From Candidatus Woesebacteria bacterium (lineage in GTDB: Bacteria > Patescibacteriota > Microgenomatia > UBA8517), in assembly GCA_003484955.1 (NCBI GenBank), contig DMZH01000003.1, forward strand, positions 112,387 through 176,386: 64,000 nucleotides of DNA. The letters are read 5' to 3'. Within the stretch, counting starts at the first letter, position 1. Each line of letters begins with the position of its first letter. Position numbers and translations under genes: made by a program. Below, one piece after another: positions 19,341-29,308 of the stretch. The notes beneath the pieces are model-generated. The model saw only the letters and a program-made list of their open reading frames with translations. It was not told the DNA's origin and ran no database searches.

Positions 19341-21644
19341 TTAAACAACAAAGTTAACAAGTTTTCCCGGAACAAAAATTACTTTTTTAATGTCATGGCC
19401 TTTCAACCACTTTGCAGCATTTTCGTCTTTCCTTGACAACGTCTCAATATCTCCCTGAATAGTTGATTGTTTATTACCAACTACCAACTGAGATCTTACT
19501 TTTCCATTGATCTGAATAACAATCGTTACTGTATCACTCGCGATCTTACTATCATCATATTTTGGCCAACTAGCCTTGTGAATACTAAAGGGTTGACCCA
19601 GTACTTCCACCCAGACCTCTTCGGCAAGATGAGGTGCAAAAGGAGCGACCAAAAGACAAAGGCTTCTTAAAACTTCCTCATTACTGCCTTTGTCAGAAAT
19701 GGTGTTAACAAGCTCCATAATCGATGCTATAGCTGTATTATATTTGAAATTATACATATCCTCCGTCACCTTTTTTATAGTTTGATTGAGCTTGGAAACT
19801 ACCCCTTTTGATGGTTGACCATCTATAGTATTCGGTTGGTTAAACAGTTTCCAAAGCCTTGTCACAAATCTCTGCATCCCCTCAATTCCCGAGTCTCTGA
19901 AGTCCGGTGAGGCATCCATTGGACCTAAAAACATGACATAAAGCCTAAGGGTGTCTGCGCCAAACTTGGACACATATTGATCCGGATTGACCACGTTTCC
20001 CCGGCTTTTGCTCATCTTGGCGCCATCCTTAATCATCAACCCGTGCGCAAAAAACTTAGGAAAAGGCTCATCAAAACTTAAAAGCTTTAAATCGAAAAGT
20101 ACTTTTGTCACAAATCTGGCATACATGAGGTGAAGTACCGAATGCTCTGCACCACCGAAATAAAGATCAACCGGAAGCCAATTCCTGGTTACCTCCCCAT
20201 CAAAAGGCACGGATTCCCTGTCCGATGATGGGTATCTCAAAAAATACCAGCTTGAATCCACAAAGGTATCCATGACGTCAGTCTCACGGGTGGCATCTCC
20301 ACCGCATTTCGGACACTTAACCTGATAAAACTCCTTATGATTGGCAAGGGGTCCTTTCCCTGTACCTTCAGGTTTATAGTCTGATATATTCGGTAGTATT
20401 ACCGGAAGATCTTTTTCAGGAACAGGGACCCAACCACATTCCGGGCAATCAACCATTGGAATTGGTGCACCCCAATAGCGCTGGCGGCTTACCAACCAAT
20501 CCCTTAAATGATAATTGGTATGTTTTTTACCAAAACCTTTTTCGGAAATCTCCTGCCAAAGGTTTTTATCGGGATCCTTCTGGACTATATCCAAATGGTA
20601 TTTTTCAGCAAACTCCATATCACGCTCGTCGTGTGCAGGCACCCCCATGATAGCTCCGGTCCCATATCCTGGTGCCACATAATTCGTCTTCCAAACGGGA
20701 AGGCGCCTTTTACTGAAAGGTTCCAGTGCATATTTCCCGGTAAACTCCCCTACTTTTTCAGAGCTTTCCTGGTTATACAAACCTTCATCGGCTATAGCTA
20801 TAAAAGTAGCCGCATTTAGCGTGTCCGGCCTTGTAGTAAAAACCTCAATCTCTCCATCTCCATTCTCCGTCTCAAACTTGATGAGCATTCCCTGGCTTTT
20901 ACCGATCCAGTTTTTCTGAGCAAGCTTCACTCGAGTACTCCAGTCAATTTTCTCTAAACCTTCTAGAAGTCTGTCAGCATACTTAGTAATCTTAAAAAAC
21001 CACTGGTCAAGGTCCTTTTTTTCGACAACCGTTCCACATCTTTCACAAACTTTAAGTTCCTCACTATTGGTTATTGATTTTCCGGCCGCATCTTTAGGCT
21101 CCTTTCCGGCAGCTGCAGGTGTTACAACCTGCTCATCCGCAAGCACGGTTTTGCAGGAAGGGCAAAAATTAACGGTAGCTTTCTTCTTATAAGCCAAACC
21201 GGCCTCCCACATCTTTAGAAACAACCACTGTGTCCATCTATAATAATCAGGATCGGAAGTGGTCACTGTGTGCGTCCAATCATATCCATGCCCCAAAGAT
21301 CTCATCTGTTCTTCATAATGCTTGGTTGTTCTTCTGACCACTTTGTGGGGGTCTTCCCCGATTTTAATTGCGTAGTTCTCCGAATGAATTCCAAAAGAAT
21401 CATACCCGATTGGCTGAAAAACATCTTTGCCATGCATTCTCATAAAACGCCCAAAGACATCGCTCCCCGTCGAGGCAAAAGCGTGTCCTGCATGAAGACC
21501 TTCAGCCGAAGGATACGGAAACATCCACAGGTTGTAGTATTTATTATCCGGCCTTGAGAGATCCGGAAAATATATTTTTTCCTTTTCCCATTTTTCCTGC
21601 CACTTCTTTTCAATTTTAGCGTGGTCGTATTTGATGCCGTTCAT
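19341..21644 (-). CDS. leuS: Leucine--tRNA ligase
   Basis: MFPYPS...LHAGH, TTRPDT, SRQRYWG, KMSKS. Likely start MNGIKYD at 21644. Confidence 0.96.
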   Translation of the reverse strand: MNGIKYDHAKIEKKWQEKWEKEKIYFPDLSRPDNKYYNLWMFPYPSAEGLHAGHAFASTGSDVFGRFMRMHGKDVFQPIGYDSFGIHSENYAIKIGEDPHKVVRRTTKHYEEQMRSLGHGYDWTHTVTTSDPDYYRWTQWLFLKMWEAGLAYKKKATVNFCPSCKTVLADEQVVTPAAAGKEPKDAAGKSITNSEELKVCERCGTVVEKKDLDQWFFKITKYADRLLEGLEKIDWSTRVKLAQKNWIGKSQGMLIKFETENGDGEIEVFTTRPDTLNAATFIAIADEGLYNQESSEKVGEFTGKYALEPFSKRRLPVWKTNYVAPGYGTGAIMGVPAHDERDMEFAEKYHLDIVQKDPDKNLWQEISEKGFGKKHTNYHLRDWLVSRQRYWGAPIPMVDCPECGWVPVPEKDLPVILPNISDYKPEGTGKGPLANHKEFYQVKCPKCGGDATRETDVMDTFVDSSWYFLRYPSSDRESVPFDGEVTRNWLPVDLYFGGAEHSVLHLMYARFVTKVLFDLKLLSFDEPFPKFFAHGLMIKDGAKMSKSRGNVVNPDQYVSKFGADTLRLYVMFLGPMDASPDFRDSGIEGMQRFVTRLWKLFNQPNTIDGQPSKGVVSKLNQTIKKVTEDMYNFKYNTAIASIMELVNTISDKGSNEEVLRSLCLLVAPFAPHLAEEVWVEVLGQPFSIHKASWPKYDDSKIASDTVTIVIQINGKVRSQLVVGNKQSTIQGDIETLSRKDENAAKWLKGHDIKKVIFVPGKLVNFVV

Positions 21645-21700
21645 ATTTGTCAATTTTATCACTTTAGCGTACACTTTTTTAAGACATACTGTCTAATTTC

Positions 21701-22426
21701 ATGCTATCTGTATCTAAAAAAGTGTTTGTCCACAGTATACTGGTTGCTCTCGCCTTGGGACTTTCTTATTTTATTGCAAAAACTCCCCTTGCGGAATATA
21801 GCCTTCAAATCTCGGGTCTTCTTGTCGCACTCTATATGTTAATCTCATTTCTGATCAGAAAAAAGTTCCTAACAGCCGGTTCCAGAGTAGTTTTTGATAT
21901 TTTTATTTTTTCCTTTGCTGTTTCATTTCTTCTTTTTACAACGGGTGGGTTCACCTCACCCATATTTTTTCTGACTTACTTTCTTCTTTTCGGAATGGCA
22001 CTTCTTTCGGCACCTGTAACATCAGTTGTTGCCGCCCTGGTCTTTGCGATTTTATTTGTTCTTACACCCAGAAGTGACTTTTGGACAGAAATCCTGCAAA
22101 TAGTTTCCCTTATAGCAATCGCACCGATTTCAACAATGTTTGGCAAACAGTACATTCAAATTTTAAGAGACAGTCAAAAAATTCAGGTTTTGAAAAATGT
22201 CAGTCAGGATTTTATGGAGGAAATTAAATCACAAGAAGAAGAGGTAAAAAACTGGGCAGAGGGAGATTTTAGACTAAAACTGGTTAACGTCCAAAAATAT
22301 CTCGACGAGCTTTTGAAAGACCCAAACCTGGATAATGATAGGAAAGGTAGAATCAAAGATCTTTATCAACAAATTTACGAGCTCTTTTTAAGCGGAATGG
22401 AGATGAAAAAAGAGGTCGGTAAATAA
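21701..22426 (+). CDS. Hypothetical multi-pass membrane protein with a C-terminal helical tail
   Basis: About 5-6 hydrophobic segments, 'TGGFTSPIFFLTYF', charged helical C-terminus. Confidence 0.7.
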   Translation: MLSVSKKVFVHSILVALALGLSYFIAKTPLAEYSLQISGLLVALYMLISFLIRKKFLTAGSRVVFDIFIFSFAVSFLLFTTGGFTSPIFFLTYFLLFGMALLSAPVTSVVAALVFAILFVLTPRSDFWTEILQIVSLIAIAPISTMFGKQYIQILRDSQKIQVLKNVSQDFMEEIKSQEEEVKNWAEGDFRLKLVNVQKYLDELLKDPNLDNDRKGRIKDLYQQIYELFLSGMEMKKEVGK

Positions 22427-22427
22427 C

Positions 22428-23165
22428 ATGGCATCCTCAAAAATTTTAGTTTTTTTGACAGCATTACTTTTACCTTTTAGTTTTTACCTTTCACCGCCCG
22501 GTATCCATGCCCAGGCAAAAATCACATCCCCCAATTACATAATCCAGATGCCAAATTTGAACTCAGGTGCCGGAATCCCCTCCTCGGCAGGTTATAAACT
22601 CGATACAACCATTGGTCAAACCGCACCCGGGCTTTACTCATCCACAGGCTACCTGGTTCGGTCCGGTTTCCAATATATCCACTCCATAATTCCCTTTTCT
22701 TTTTCCATGAGTAATTTTTTAATTAATTTTGGCACCCTCATGCCGGGTACCCCAGTAACCCGCACAAGTACTCTTGTGGTTTCTGCGGGAGGGGCTGGTG
22801 GTTACAGGGTTACGGCCAGAGAGGCAGGCTATCTTCAGACATCAACCGGTAAAACTATTCCTGATTCAACCTGTGATGCCGGAACTTGTTCAGAAACGGC
22901 AGCGGGGGTTTGGTCACTCGCGACTACTTACGGATTTGGCTACAACATGTCAGGCAACGATGCCCCTTCGGATTTCATAGACGGAACTTATTTCCGCCAG
23001 TTTGCCAATGCGGCTCTCAGCGAAGGAGATCAGTCGGTCATGTCAAGTGTAAATGTCGGAAGAGATAGAACTGCCACAATTACATATAAAGTAAATGTTT
23101 CGGCGGTTCAGGCGGCAGGAAGTTATCAAAACAGGGTTCTATTTACAGCCATACCATCCTTTTAA
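22428..23165 (+). CDS. Secreted beta-rich protein, WxL/pilin-like C-terminus
   Basis: Signal peptide; ends QAAGSYQNRVLFTAIPSF; paralogous to the C-terminal half of 24239-25726. Confidence 0.7.
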   Translation: MASSKILVFLTALLLPFSFYLSPPGIHAQAKITSPNYIIQMPNLNSGAGIPSSAGYKLDTTIGQTAPGLYSSTGYLVRSGFQYIHSIIPFSFSMSNFLINFGTLMPGTPVTRTSTLVVSAGGAGGYRVTAREAGYLQTSTGKTIPDSTCDAGTCSETAAGVWSLATTYGFGYNMSGNDAPSDFIDGTYFRQFANAALSEGDQSVMSSVNVGRDRTATITYKVNVSAVQAAGSYQNRVLFTAIPSF

Positions 23166-23183
23166 ATTTCCAGTCAAATACTA

Positions 23184-24173
23184 ATGAATAAATTATTAAA
23201 ATTCAAAAATAAAAAAATAAAGGGCAGGTTTTTTGTTTTCTTGATTACTCTTATTTCATTGTTCATTATTCATAATTCTGTTGCTGAGGCCCAAACTCTA
23301 GGTCTTTCCATCACTCCCCCGATTGCTGAGGTAATGATTATTCCGGGCAAAATTGTTACTCAAACGTTCACTATTACAAATGACGGCAACGATGGCATGG
23401 CGAGCATTTATATCATACCTTTTAAGGCGCAGGGTGAGTCGGGAAACGTCGCACTTGATGAAAAAAATGCCGTCACTGCAACATCTCCCTATGCCTCATG
23501 GTTTAGTATAATCTCTCCTGTAAGTGTTTTCGGAGAAAAGTTTTACATGGCTGGCGGGCAACGCCAGGAAATAACCGTTAAAATTACTCCCCCGGAATCT
23601 GCCACAGAGAAAGATTATTACTTTACACTATTATACGAACTGGATAACAATATCCCCGGAGGCACTCTCTCCATGGGTCCAACAAACCAAGCTAGAATTG
23701 GTTCCAACCTCATTCTTTCCGTCTCCAGCGACGGCAATCCGCCAAAGACTGCTGAAATTGTCGAATTCAAGGCTCCAAAAATCATCGATTCGCTTGAAAA
23801 ACTTACCTTTAATACAAGAATCGGCAATTTTGGCTCATATGTTTTCAAACCCGATGGTGAAATAACAATTAAACCCACATTCGGCAGTGTAGAAACTCTA
23901 AGTCTTGCCCCTCTTAATATAATTTCCGACTCGGTAAGGAATATTCCCTGCCTGAAAGGTGAAGAAATTATCGTTTGCCAATCCAATCGCAAGGTCTTGG
24001 TCGGAGTTTACAAATCAACCTTGGAGATAACCCCCAACGGAAGCGGTGAAACTCAAAGTAAAACTGTTACCACCGTTGCCTTTCCTTTTTCGATAATATT
24101 TGGGCTTCTTTTAATCTTCATAACCTACAGAATTATCAAAAAATCCCAAAAGGTTGGCAAAGAATCCTCTTGA
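23184..24173 (+). CDS. DUF916/DUF3324-like surface protein with C-terminal TM anchor
   Basis: Signal peptide, 'LSITPPIAEVMIIPGK', 'IGNFGSYVFKPDGEITI', C-terminal TM plus basic tail. Confidence 0.65.
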   Translation: MNKLLKFKNKKIKGRFFVFLITLISLFIIHNSVAEAQTLGLSITPPIAEVMIIPGKIVTQTFTITNDGNDGMASIYIIPFKAQGESGNVALDEKNAVTATSPYASWFSIISPVSVFGEKFYMAGGQRQEITVKITPPESATEKDYYFTLLYELDNNIPGGTLSMGPTNQARIGSNLILSVSSDGNPPKTAEIVEFKAPKIIDSLEKLTFNTRIGNFGSYVFKPDGEITIKPTFGSVETLSLAPLNIISDSVRNIPCLKGEEIIVCQSNRKVLVGVYKSTLEITPNGSGETQSKTVTTVAFPFSIIFGLLLIFITYRIIKKSQKVGKESS

Positions 24174-24198
24174 CAATGTTTTTTATGGGTTTAATAAT
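24170..24198 (+). promoter_or_regulatory. Putative sigma70 promoter
   Basis: TTGACA, 17 bp, AATAAT. Confidence 0.5.
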
Positions 24199-24238
24199 GA
24201 TCCTTAGCACATATCTTAACTAAGATAGATTGTTTTGT

Positions 24239-25726
24239 ATGCAAAGCGTAAACACAAAAAAATATCTAGCTACTTTTTCAGTGTTTCTTCTATCGTTATC
24301 ATTCTCCCTGGCGCTTTCTTTTTTCGCCATCAAATCTTTTAATCCAACCAAGATAGAGGCGTCCACTCTCACAAATTCATCGGCTACCTTAAGCAATCCC
24401 CGGCTTTCCTATAGGGCACAAACAACTGCCGGCACGTCAGGAACATCAACGGTCACAATCAACGGCGCCGGAAGTTATCCGGATCTTAATACCAACCACC
24501 TCTTTCCAAGCGACAACGTTTGTTTCTTAAATCAAGGTATAACCGGGTGCATCGGCAGTGTTAACTACACGGTTGCAAACGTATCCAGTGCCACAACTTT
24601 CAGCCTTTCCTCCCCACTCACTGCCAATGTTGATACAAGCGGCTATGTTACGGCGACACAATCGGGAAGCCTGACAATGACTTTCACTTTGGTTAATACA
24701 ATTCCTGTCGGGGGCAACATTTTTGTTACCATACCGGTTGCCAGCACCGGAAATGTCAATGATGGAATTCCGGACACAGGGAGTAGTAATACAACTGACG
24801 GCTTTGATTTTAACAAGCTCGAACCGACAAGTGTCAATGTCAGCTCAACAGGCGGGACCTGCACCGGCGGCTGGGATACTCCGGTAGTTGCCTCCGCAAG
24901 CGGAACAATAACCATTACAAAAGCAACCAGTTCTTGTGCGGGTGCAACCGTTACGGTAATAGTTCCCAACTTGGTCAACCCCACCCCATTTACCACCGGA
25001 CACACACAAGGAGCTGCCGACAATTACAAAATCGCAATAGTTACGAGGGACGGCAGCAACAACACCCTTGATTCTGTAAGTGTGGGGGTGGCTCCCGTTG
25101 AGGGAGTTTTGGTCTCAGCAACAGTTGATCAGACTCTTGCCTTTACAGTTGCCGGGGTTTCTGCAGATTCAGGTTCGTATTGTGGAGTAACCAGAACTGC
25201 TTCGACAACGGATTCAACGGCCACATCTGTTCCTTGGGGAACAATTGCCACCGCCAACAGTTTCCTAAATGCCAACCAGGTATTAACCGTATCAACAAAC
25301 GCCGGCGGTGGCTACACCGTCAAGATTGAAGAAAACGACCAAATGGGCATGAACGGGGTTACCTGTACGGGAGCAACTGCGGGTGAGGCAAACGATTGTA
25401 TCAAGGATACTACTTGCGATTCGGGAACCTGTTCGGAAACAACATCCGGCGAATGGGTTACCGCGACCAATAACGGTTTTGGATATTCGCTTGCAAACGT
25501 GTCAGGAACCGATGCTGGATTCCTCTATAACGAAACCTCAAGGACGTTTTCCTCAAAACAAATTCCGGATCAGGAAGCTTCTGAGGCAAAACAAACCGTG
25601 ATGTCAAACGCGGCCCCGGTTTCCGCTAACCAAGTGTATGCCTGTTATAGAATTTCAGTTTCAGGAACCCAACCTGCTGGTTACTACTACAATAAAGTCA
25701 AATACACGGCAACAGCCACATTCTAA
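24239..25726 (+). CDS. Secreted Thr/Ser-rich protein, WxL/pilin-like C-terminus
   Basis: Signal/TM; Cys pairs; ends QPAGYYYNKVKYTATATF. Confidence 0.72.
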   Translation: MQSVNTKKYLATFSVFLLSLSFSLALSFFAIKSFNPTKIEASTLTNSSATLSNPRLSYRAQTTAGTSGTSTVTINGAGSYPDLNTNHLFPSDNVCFLNQGITGCIGSVNYTVANVSSATTFSLSSPLTANVDTSGYVTATQSGSLTMTFTLVNTIPVGGNIFVTIPVASTGNVNDGIPDTGSSNTTDGFDFNKLEPTSVNVSSTGGTCTGGWDTPVVASASGTITITKATSSCAGATVTVIVPNLVNPTPFTTGHTQGAADNYKIAIVTRDGSNNTLDSVSVGVAPVEGVLVSATVDQTLAFTVAGVSADSGSYCGVTRTASTTDSTATSVPWGTIATANSFLNANQVLTVSTNAGGGYTVKIEENDQMGMNGVTCTGATAGEANDCIKDTTCDSGTCSETTSGEWVTATNNGFGYSLANVSGTDAGFLYNETSRTFSSKQIPDQEASEAKQTVMSNAAPVSANQVYACYRISVSGTQPAGYYYNKVKYTATATF

Positions 25727-25728
25727 CT

Positions 25729-26817
25729 ATGAAAAATCTGCTCACAAAACATACTAAACACAAATTTGTTTATTTGGTTGCCGGCCTAGTAATTTTTATC
25801 GCCTTATTTGTTTCAGATAAAGCATCAGCACAATCAATCATTCCCCTGGTGGTTGCCCCCGCAAGACAAACAATTGAAGTCGATCCAGGCAAGACCACGA
25901 GTTTTGTCGTCAGATTTTACAACACAGGGATAGAACCTATCTCCGGAACGTTTAAGGTGGCTGATTTTATTGTGGACAACAACGAGGGTTCTCCAAACTT
26001 TCTTGAAGGCCCCACTACTCTGTCCAAACGCTTTGCGGCAGCCCAATGGGTGACCCTAAGCACCGAAAAAGGAACAATCCCCTCAAAAGATATGGTTATA
26101 ATTGACGGCAAAATTCGTGTTCCGGCTGACGCAAACCCCGGCGGAAAATATTTCGCGGTATTTTTTGAGCCCACTTCCGAGATTCCTGAAGCCACCGGGT
26201 CAAAACAAGAGGAAGCCGCAAGCGTATCAATGAGAATTGCAGGACTTGTCTATCTGAAAGTGTCGGGCCCTATTGCCGAAGGCGCCAATATCGTAAGCTT
26301 TAGTGCCCCCAACTTCTCCGAATACGGCCCTGTCGCAATCACAACCGAAATCAAAAATAGCGGAGACTATCACATCACTCCTAAGGGGCAAATTGTTGTT
26401 AAGAATATGTTTGGCCGTGAAGTTGCCAGAGAAAGCTTGCAGGAAACCAACATTTTTCCGGATGCCTCAAGGGTAATTGTTTCCAAACTCGGAACAAAAT
26501 GGATGGTTGGTAAGTTCACCGCGTCTCTTGATGCCACCTATGGGGAATCGGGAAAAGTTCTCGCCTCCGCTCTCGGCTTCTGGGTATTTCCCTGGAAGCT
26601 TGCTGTAGTTATAACCTTGGCAATTATCATAATTGTACTTATCATAATCATTATCTTTAACAGATTTGTTAAAAAGGAAAAGAAGCTCGAAGAGGAGCTT
26701 TCCGAGGAGAAAGAAGAACTTGAAAAACTCAAAGAGTCTTTGAAAGATAAGATCAGCGGAATAATTCCGGAGTCCAAAGTTGAAACTCCATCAACTGAAG
26801 AAAAAAAGACTGAATAA
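25729..26817 (+). CDS. DUF916/DUF3324-like surface protein with C-terminal TM and coiled-coil tail
   Basis: 'VVAPARQTIEVDPGK', 'VPADANPGGKYFAVFF', 'KNSGDYHITPKG', 'FWVFPWK' then TM. Confidence 0.7.
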   Translation: MKNLLTKHTKHKFVYLVAGLVIFIALFVSDKASAQSIIPLVVAPARQTIEVDPGKTTSFVVRFYNTGIEPISGTFKVADFIVDNNEGSPNFLEGPTTLSKRFAAAQWVTLSTEKGTIPSKDMVIIDGKIRVPADANPGGKYFAVFFEPTSEIPEATGSKQEEAASVSMRIAGLVYLKVSGPIAEGANIVSFSAPNFSEYGPVAITTEIKNSGDYHITPKGQIVVKNMFGREVARESLQETNIFPDASRVIVSKLGTKWMVGKFTASLDATYGESGKVLASALGFWVFPWKLAVVITLAIIIIVLIIIIIFNRFVKKEKKLEEELSEEKEELEKLKESLKDKISGIIPESKVETPSTEEKKTE

Positions 26818-26834
26818 CGTAATATAATTAATCA

Positions 26835-27773
26835 GTGAAACTTAAATTTGCCCTGCTGTTTTCAGTATTATTTCTTTTGCTTGAGACTAGGATCGTACAT
26901 GCTGATGTTCTACCCTCAGAAAAGGTCATTGTGAAACCCAATGTAATCGTTTCTGCGACCATCGGAACCCCAAGGATGACTCTCTGGGGGTATGGCGCTC
27001 CTTCCAGTGTTATAGAGCTTTCAGGTATTGGTGTAGACCAATCTGTAGTCTCCGGAGCAAACGGATACTATTCTTTTGACTTGGTATATTTAAACACTTC
27101 TTTCCCCGAGCTTTGCGTTACGGCAATTGACCAGGGAAAAAGGATAACTCCCCCAACCTGCATTCCCCCGATCGGTCACGGAAATTACTTTTATAACGTC
27201 GGCCCTGTAATACTCCCTCCTACAATAAGCCTGGGAACACCCCAAACCAATGAGAACGGTCAGGTCTCAGCCCAAGGCGAAACAATTCCTAATTCAAATG
27301 TTGAAGTTAAACTGGGCAGACCGGATGCAAAGCCGGGAATTTTTGGTTTTCAGCCGATTAGAAGTGTTCTTGCCTACTATATACCATCGTATAGCGTCCT
27401 TTCGGATGCCGAAGGAAACTTTAGTTTCAATATGCCTACCAATGGAGGCAATTCCTGGAGAGTTTTTGCCATAACCGACTACGAAGGAGGAAATAAATCC
27501 CCAAAAAGTAATACCCTTAAGTTTAAAACCCTTACGCCGGCTGCTTACGCGTGGAGTAATTTTTTGGCATTTCTTGCAACTTTCCTCGTCTGGCCGAGAA
27601 TTATAATCCTGGAGATTTTGGTAATACTAATTTTGATAGGTATCGTCCTGACAATTATCAAAAGGAAAAAGGGAAAAAACAAAAAAATGGAAACTAATAA
27701 AAAGGATCAAAAGTATTCAGAGCTTGTCGAAAGATATCAGGAGTTTCTAAAAAAGACAAAACCTATTCAATAA
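26835..27773 (+). CDS. Secreted Ig-like protein with C-terminal TM anchor
   Basis: Signal peptide, two beta-sandwich-like units, C-terminal TM and basic tail. Confidence 0.65.
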   Translation: MKLKFALLFSVLFLLLETRIVHADVLPSEKVIVKPNVIVSATIGTPRMTLWGYGAPSSVIELSGIGVDQSVVSGANGYYSFDLVYLNTSFPELCVTAIDQGKRITPPTCIPPIGHGNYFYNVGPVILPPTISLGTPQTNENGQVSAQGETIPNSNVEVKLGRPDAKPGIFGFQPIRSVLAYYIPSYSVLSDAEGNFSFNMPTNGGNSWRVFAITDYEGGNKSPKSNTLKFKTLTPAAYAWSNFLAFLATFLVWPRIIILEILVILILIGIVLTIIKRKKGKNKKMETNKKDQKYSELVERYQEFLKKTKPIQ

Positions 27774-28250
27774 TTAGTTGAATGAAACAGTCACCTTTTG
27801 ACTTAATTTTTTGCTACCCACAGATGCCTCAATTGTAAAAAGACCTGCCTCTGTACTTGAAACATCAAAGGTTGCCCTACCGGAATCATCGGTCACCGGG
27901 GAAATCGGATATATCTGCAGGCTTGTATTACCGTTTCCGAGGATAACCTGCTTTCCGGATACCCCCATTCCCTGTCCGTCCAGAATATAAGCAGTAATTC
28001 TAATACGCTCAACCTTTGCTGCCGCCCTCAGAGGCGAAGCGAAAAGGTAGGAATTGTCAAACGATACACTTTGTGGTGTAATGACTTCGGAGTCGGTGGG
28101 CTCAGAAGTGAAATTCTCACTTTGAGCAAAGCTCCCAAAAAACGCAGGCCGGCGGACTAAATAAAGGAAGAGAATAAGGATCAAAACAAAAATAATCAAA
28201 AGAATCAAGGCTATTATGACTGTACGGGAATTTTTGCTACGCTCTTCCAT
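27774..28250 (-). CDS. Membrane-anchored bacterial Ig-like (Big_1-type) protein
   Basis: N-terminal TM, 'DGQGMGVSGKQV', 'TDDSGRATFDVSSTEAG'. Likely start MEERS at 28250. Confidence 0.7.
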   Translation of the reverse strand: MEERSKNSRTVIIALILLIIFVLILILFLYLVRRPAFFGSFAQSENFTSEPTDSEVITPQSVSFDNSYLFASPLRAAAKVERIRITAYILDGQGMGVSGKQVILGNGNTSLQIYPISPVTDDSGRATFDVSSTEAGLFTIEASVGSKKLSQKVTVSFN

Positions 28251-28593
28251 ATAGTAATTATATACACCGGATGTCAATAATTGGTAGTCAAATCGCTTCT
28301 TCAGAAAGCTTCAAATTTAAATTCCGAAAGATCGGACAAAAGTGCCCATATATATTTTTGGCAATCCAAATTAGTGATCGCCAATTATTAACCTTATAGT
28401 CTTAAAGATTCAAAAAATAAAAATAGATATATATTGATATATTAAAGTAAATCTATAGTATATCAATTTAGCGTTATTTCCCGAAAGAGTTTTAAGCATA
28501 AGTTATTTACCGCAATTTCCCGCAACTGGTACTTCGAGGCTAAATTTTGAGTTAAAAATACGCCTAAATTTGAGTTATAGGCCATATGATTTT

Positions 28594-28621
28594 GGTGTGT
28601 AAAATATCATTTATGCGTAAT
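28594..28621. other. dif-like site (candidate 1)
   Basis: GGTGTGTAAAA-TATCAT-TTATGCGTAAT against E. coli dif GGTGCGCATAA-TGTATA-TTATGTTAAAT: 8/11 in each arm, 6-bp spacer. Confidence 0.35.
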
Positions 28622-28719
28622 ATACGTGCGGTAAATATGTTATATAGTCTGTGAAAAGAGTAATTTAAAATTCATAATTTATAATTCGCTATTACCTCAA
28701 TACTCTATATAAAAGGCTA

Positions 28720-28748
28720 TTGACAGGCCAATCCCCCTTTACAATAAT
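28720..28748 (+). promoter_or_regulatory. Putative sigma70 promoter of the SAM-domain/fibre operon
   Basis: TTGACA, 17 bp, AATAAT. Confidence 0.55.
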
Positions 28749-28761
28749 GTATAATAAATAT

Positions 28762-28790
28762 AATTCGTATAATCTAGCCTTAAATTAAAA
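28762..28790. other. dif-like site (candidate 2) overlapping the start codon
   Basis: AATTCGTATAA-TCTAGCC-TTAAATTAAAA: XerC-like left arm, right arm 8/11 to TTATGTTAAAT, 7-bp spacer. Confidence 0.35.
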
Positions 28791-29308
28791 TGCAATTAAT
28801 CAGCGATAATACAATAAAAAAATTTCTTAATAATCTTCAGGATCAGGGAAAGTCTTTAGTTTCAATTAAAAATTACAAATCCGATATTAACCACTTTTTA
28901 GCCTGGGCAATACTTAAACTTAAATCTCTCGGATCCTACGCGGATAATGTTATCGAGCTTACTCCATTCATCAACCGGGATTTTTTCAATGAATACAAAA
29001 GCTATATGGTTGAGAACAACATCAAGGTAAAAACAATCAACAGACGCCTGTCTTCACTTAGAAACTTATCCAATTTTCTTTACTCCTCCCAAGCTCTGGA
29101 CAGGGATTACATGCAGGGAATTCAAAATGTCGGCATCGGAACATTGACTCCTATGCGGGTAAAAGATCGGGATATTGTTGAGAGGTTCAGGGAATCTCTT
29201 ATCAAGGACGAAAATGTTTCTTCTAATACAGTCAAGAATTATGTTTCCGATGTAAGAGGCTTTCTAGCCTGGATTGAAAAGAAAGGAGAACTGCCCAATG
29301 GGATTTAG
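28790..29308 (+). CDS. Tyrosine-recombinase N-terminal (SAM-like core-binding) domain protein, 1.5 domains, no catalytic domain
   Basis: 'FLNNLQDQGKSLVSIKNYKSDINHFLAW...KTINRRLSSLRNLSNFL' and a second start 'FRESLIKDENVSSNTVKNYVSDVRGFLAW'. Confidence 0.85.
   Translation: MQLISDNTIKKFLNNLQDQGKSLVSIKNYKSDINHFLAWAILKLKSLGSYADNVIELTPFINRDFFNEYKSYMVENNIKVKTINRRLSSLRNLSNFLYSSQALDRDYMQGIQNVGIGTLTPMRVKDRDIVERFRESLIKDENVSSNTVKNYVSDVRGFLAWIEKKGELPNGI

Noticed and set aside
19341-21644. LeuRS lacking its editing domain
   Set aside because: The CP1 region looks shortened but keeps the TTRPDT and GTGAIMGVPAHD editing motifs.
28790-29308. Functional integrase marking a prophage or island
   Set aside because: Only N-terminal SAM-like domains are present; there is no R-K-H-R-H/W-Y catalytic domain and no att duplication was found.
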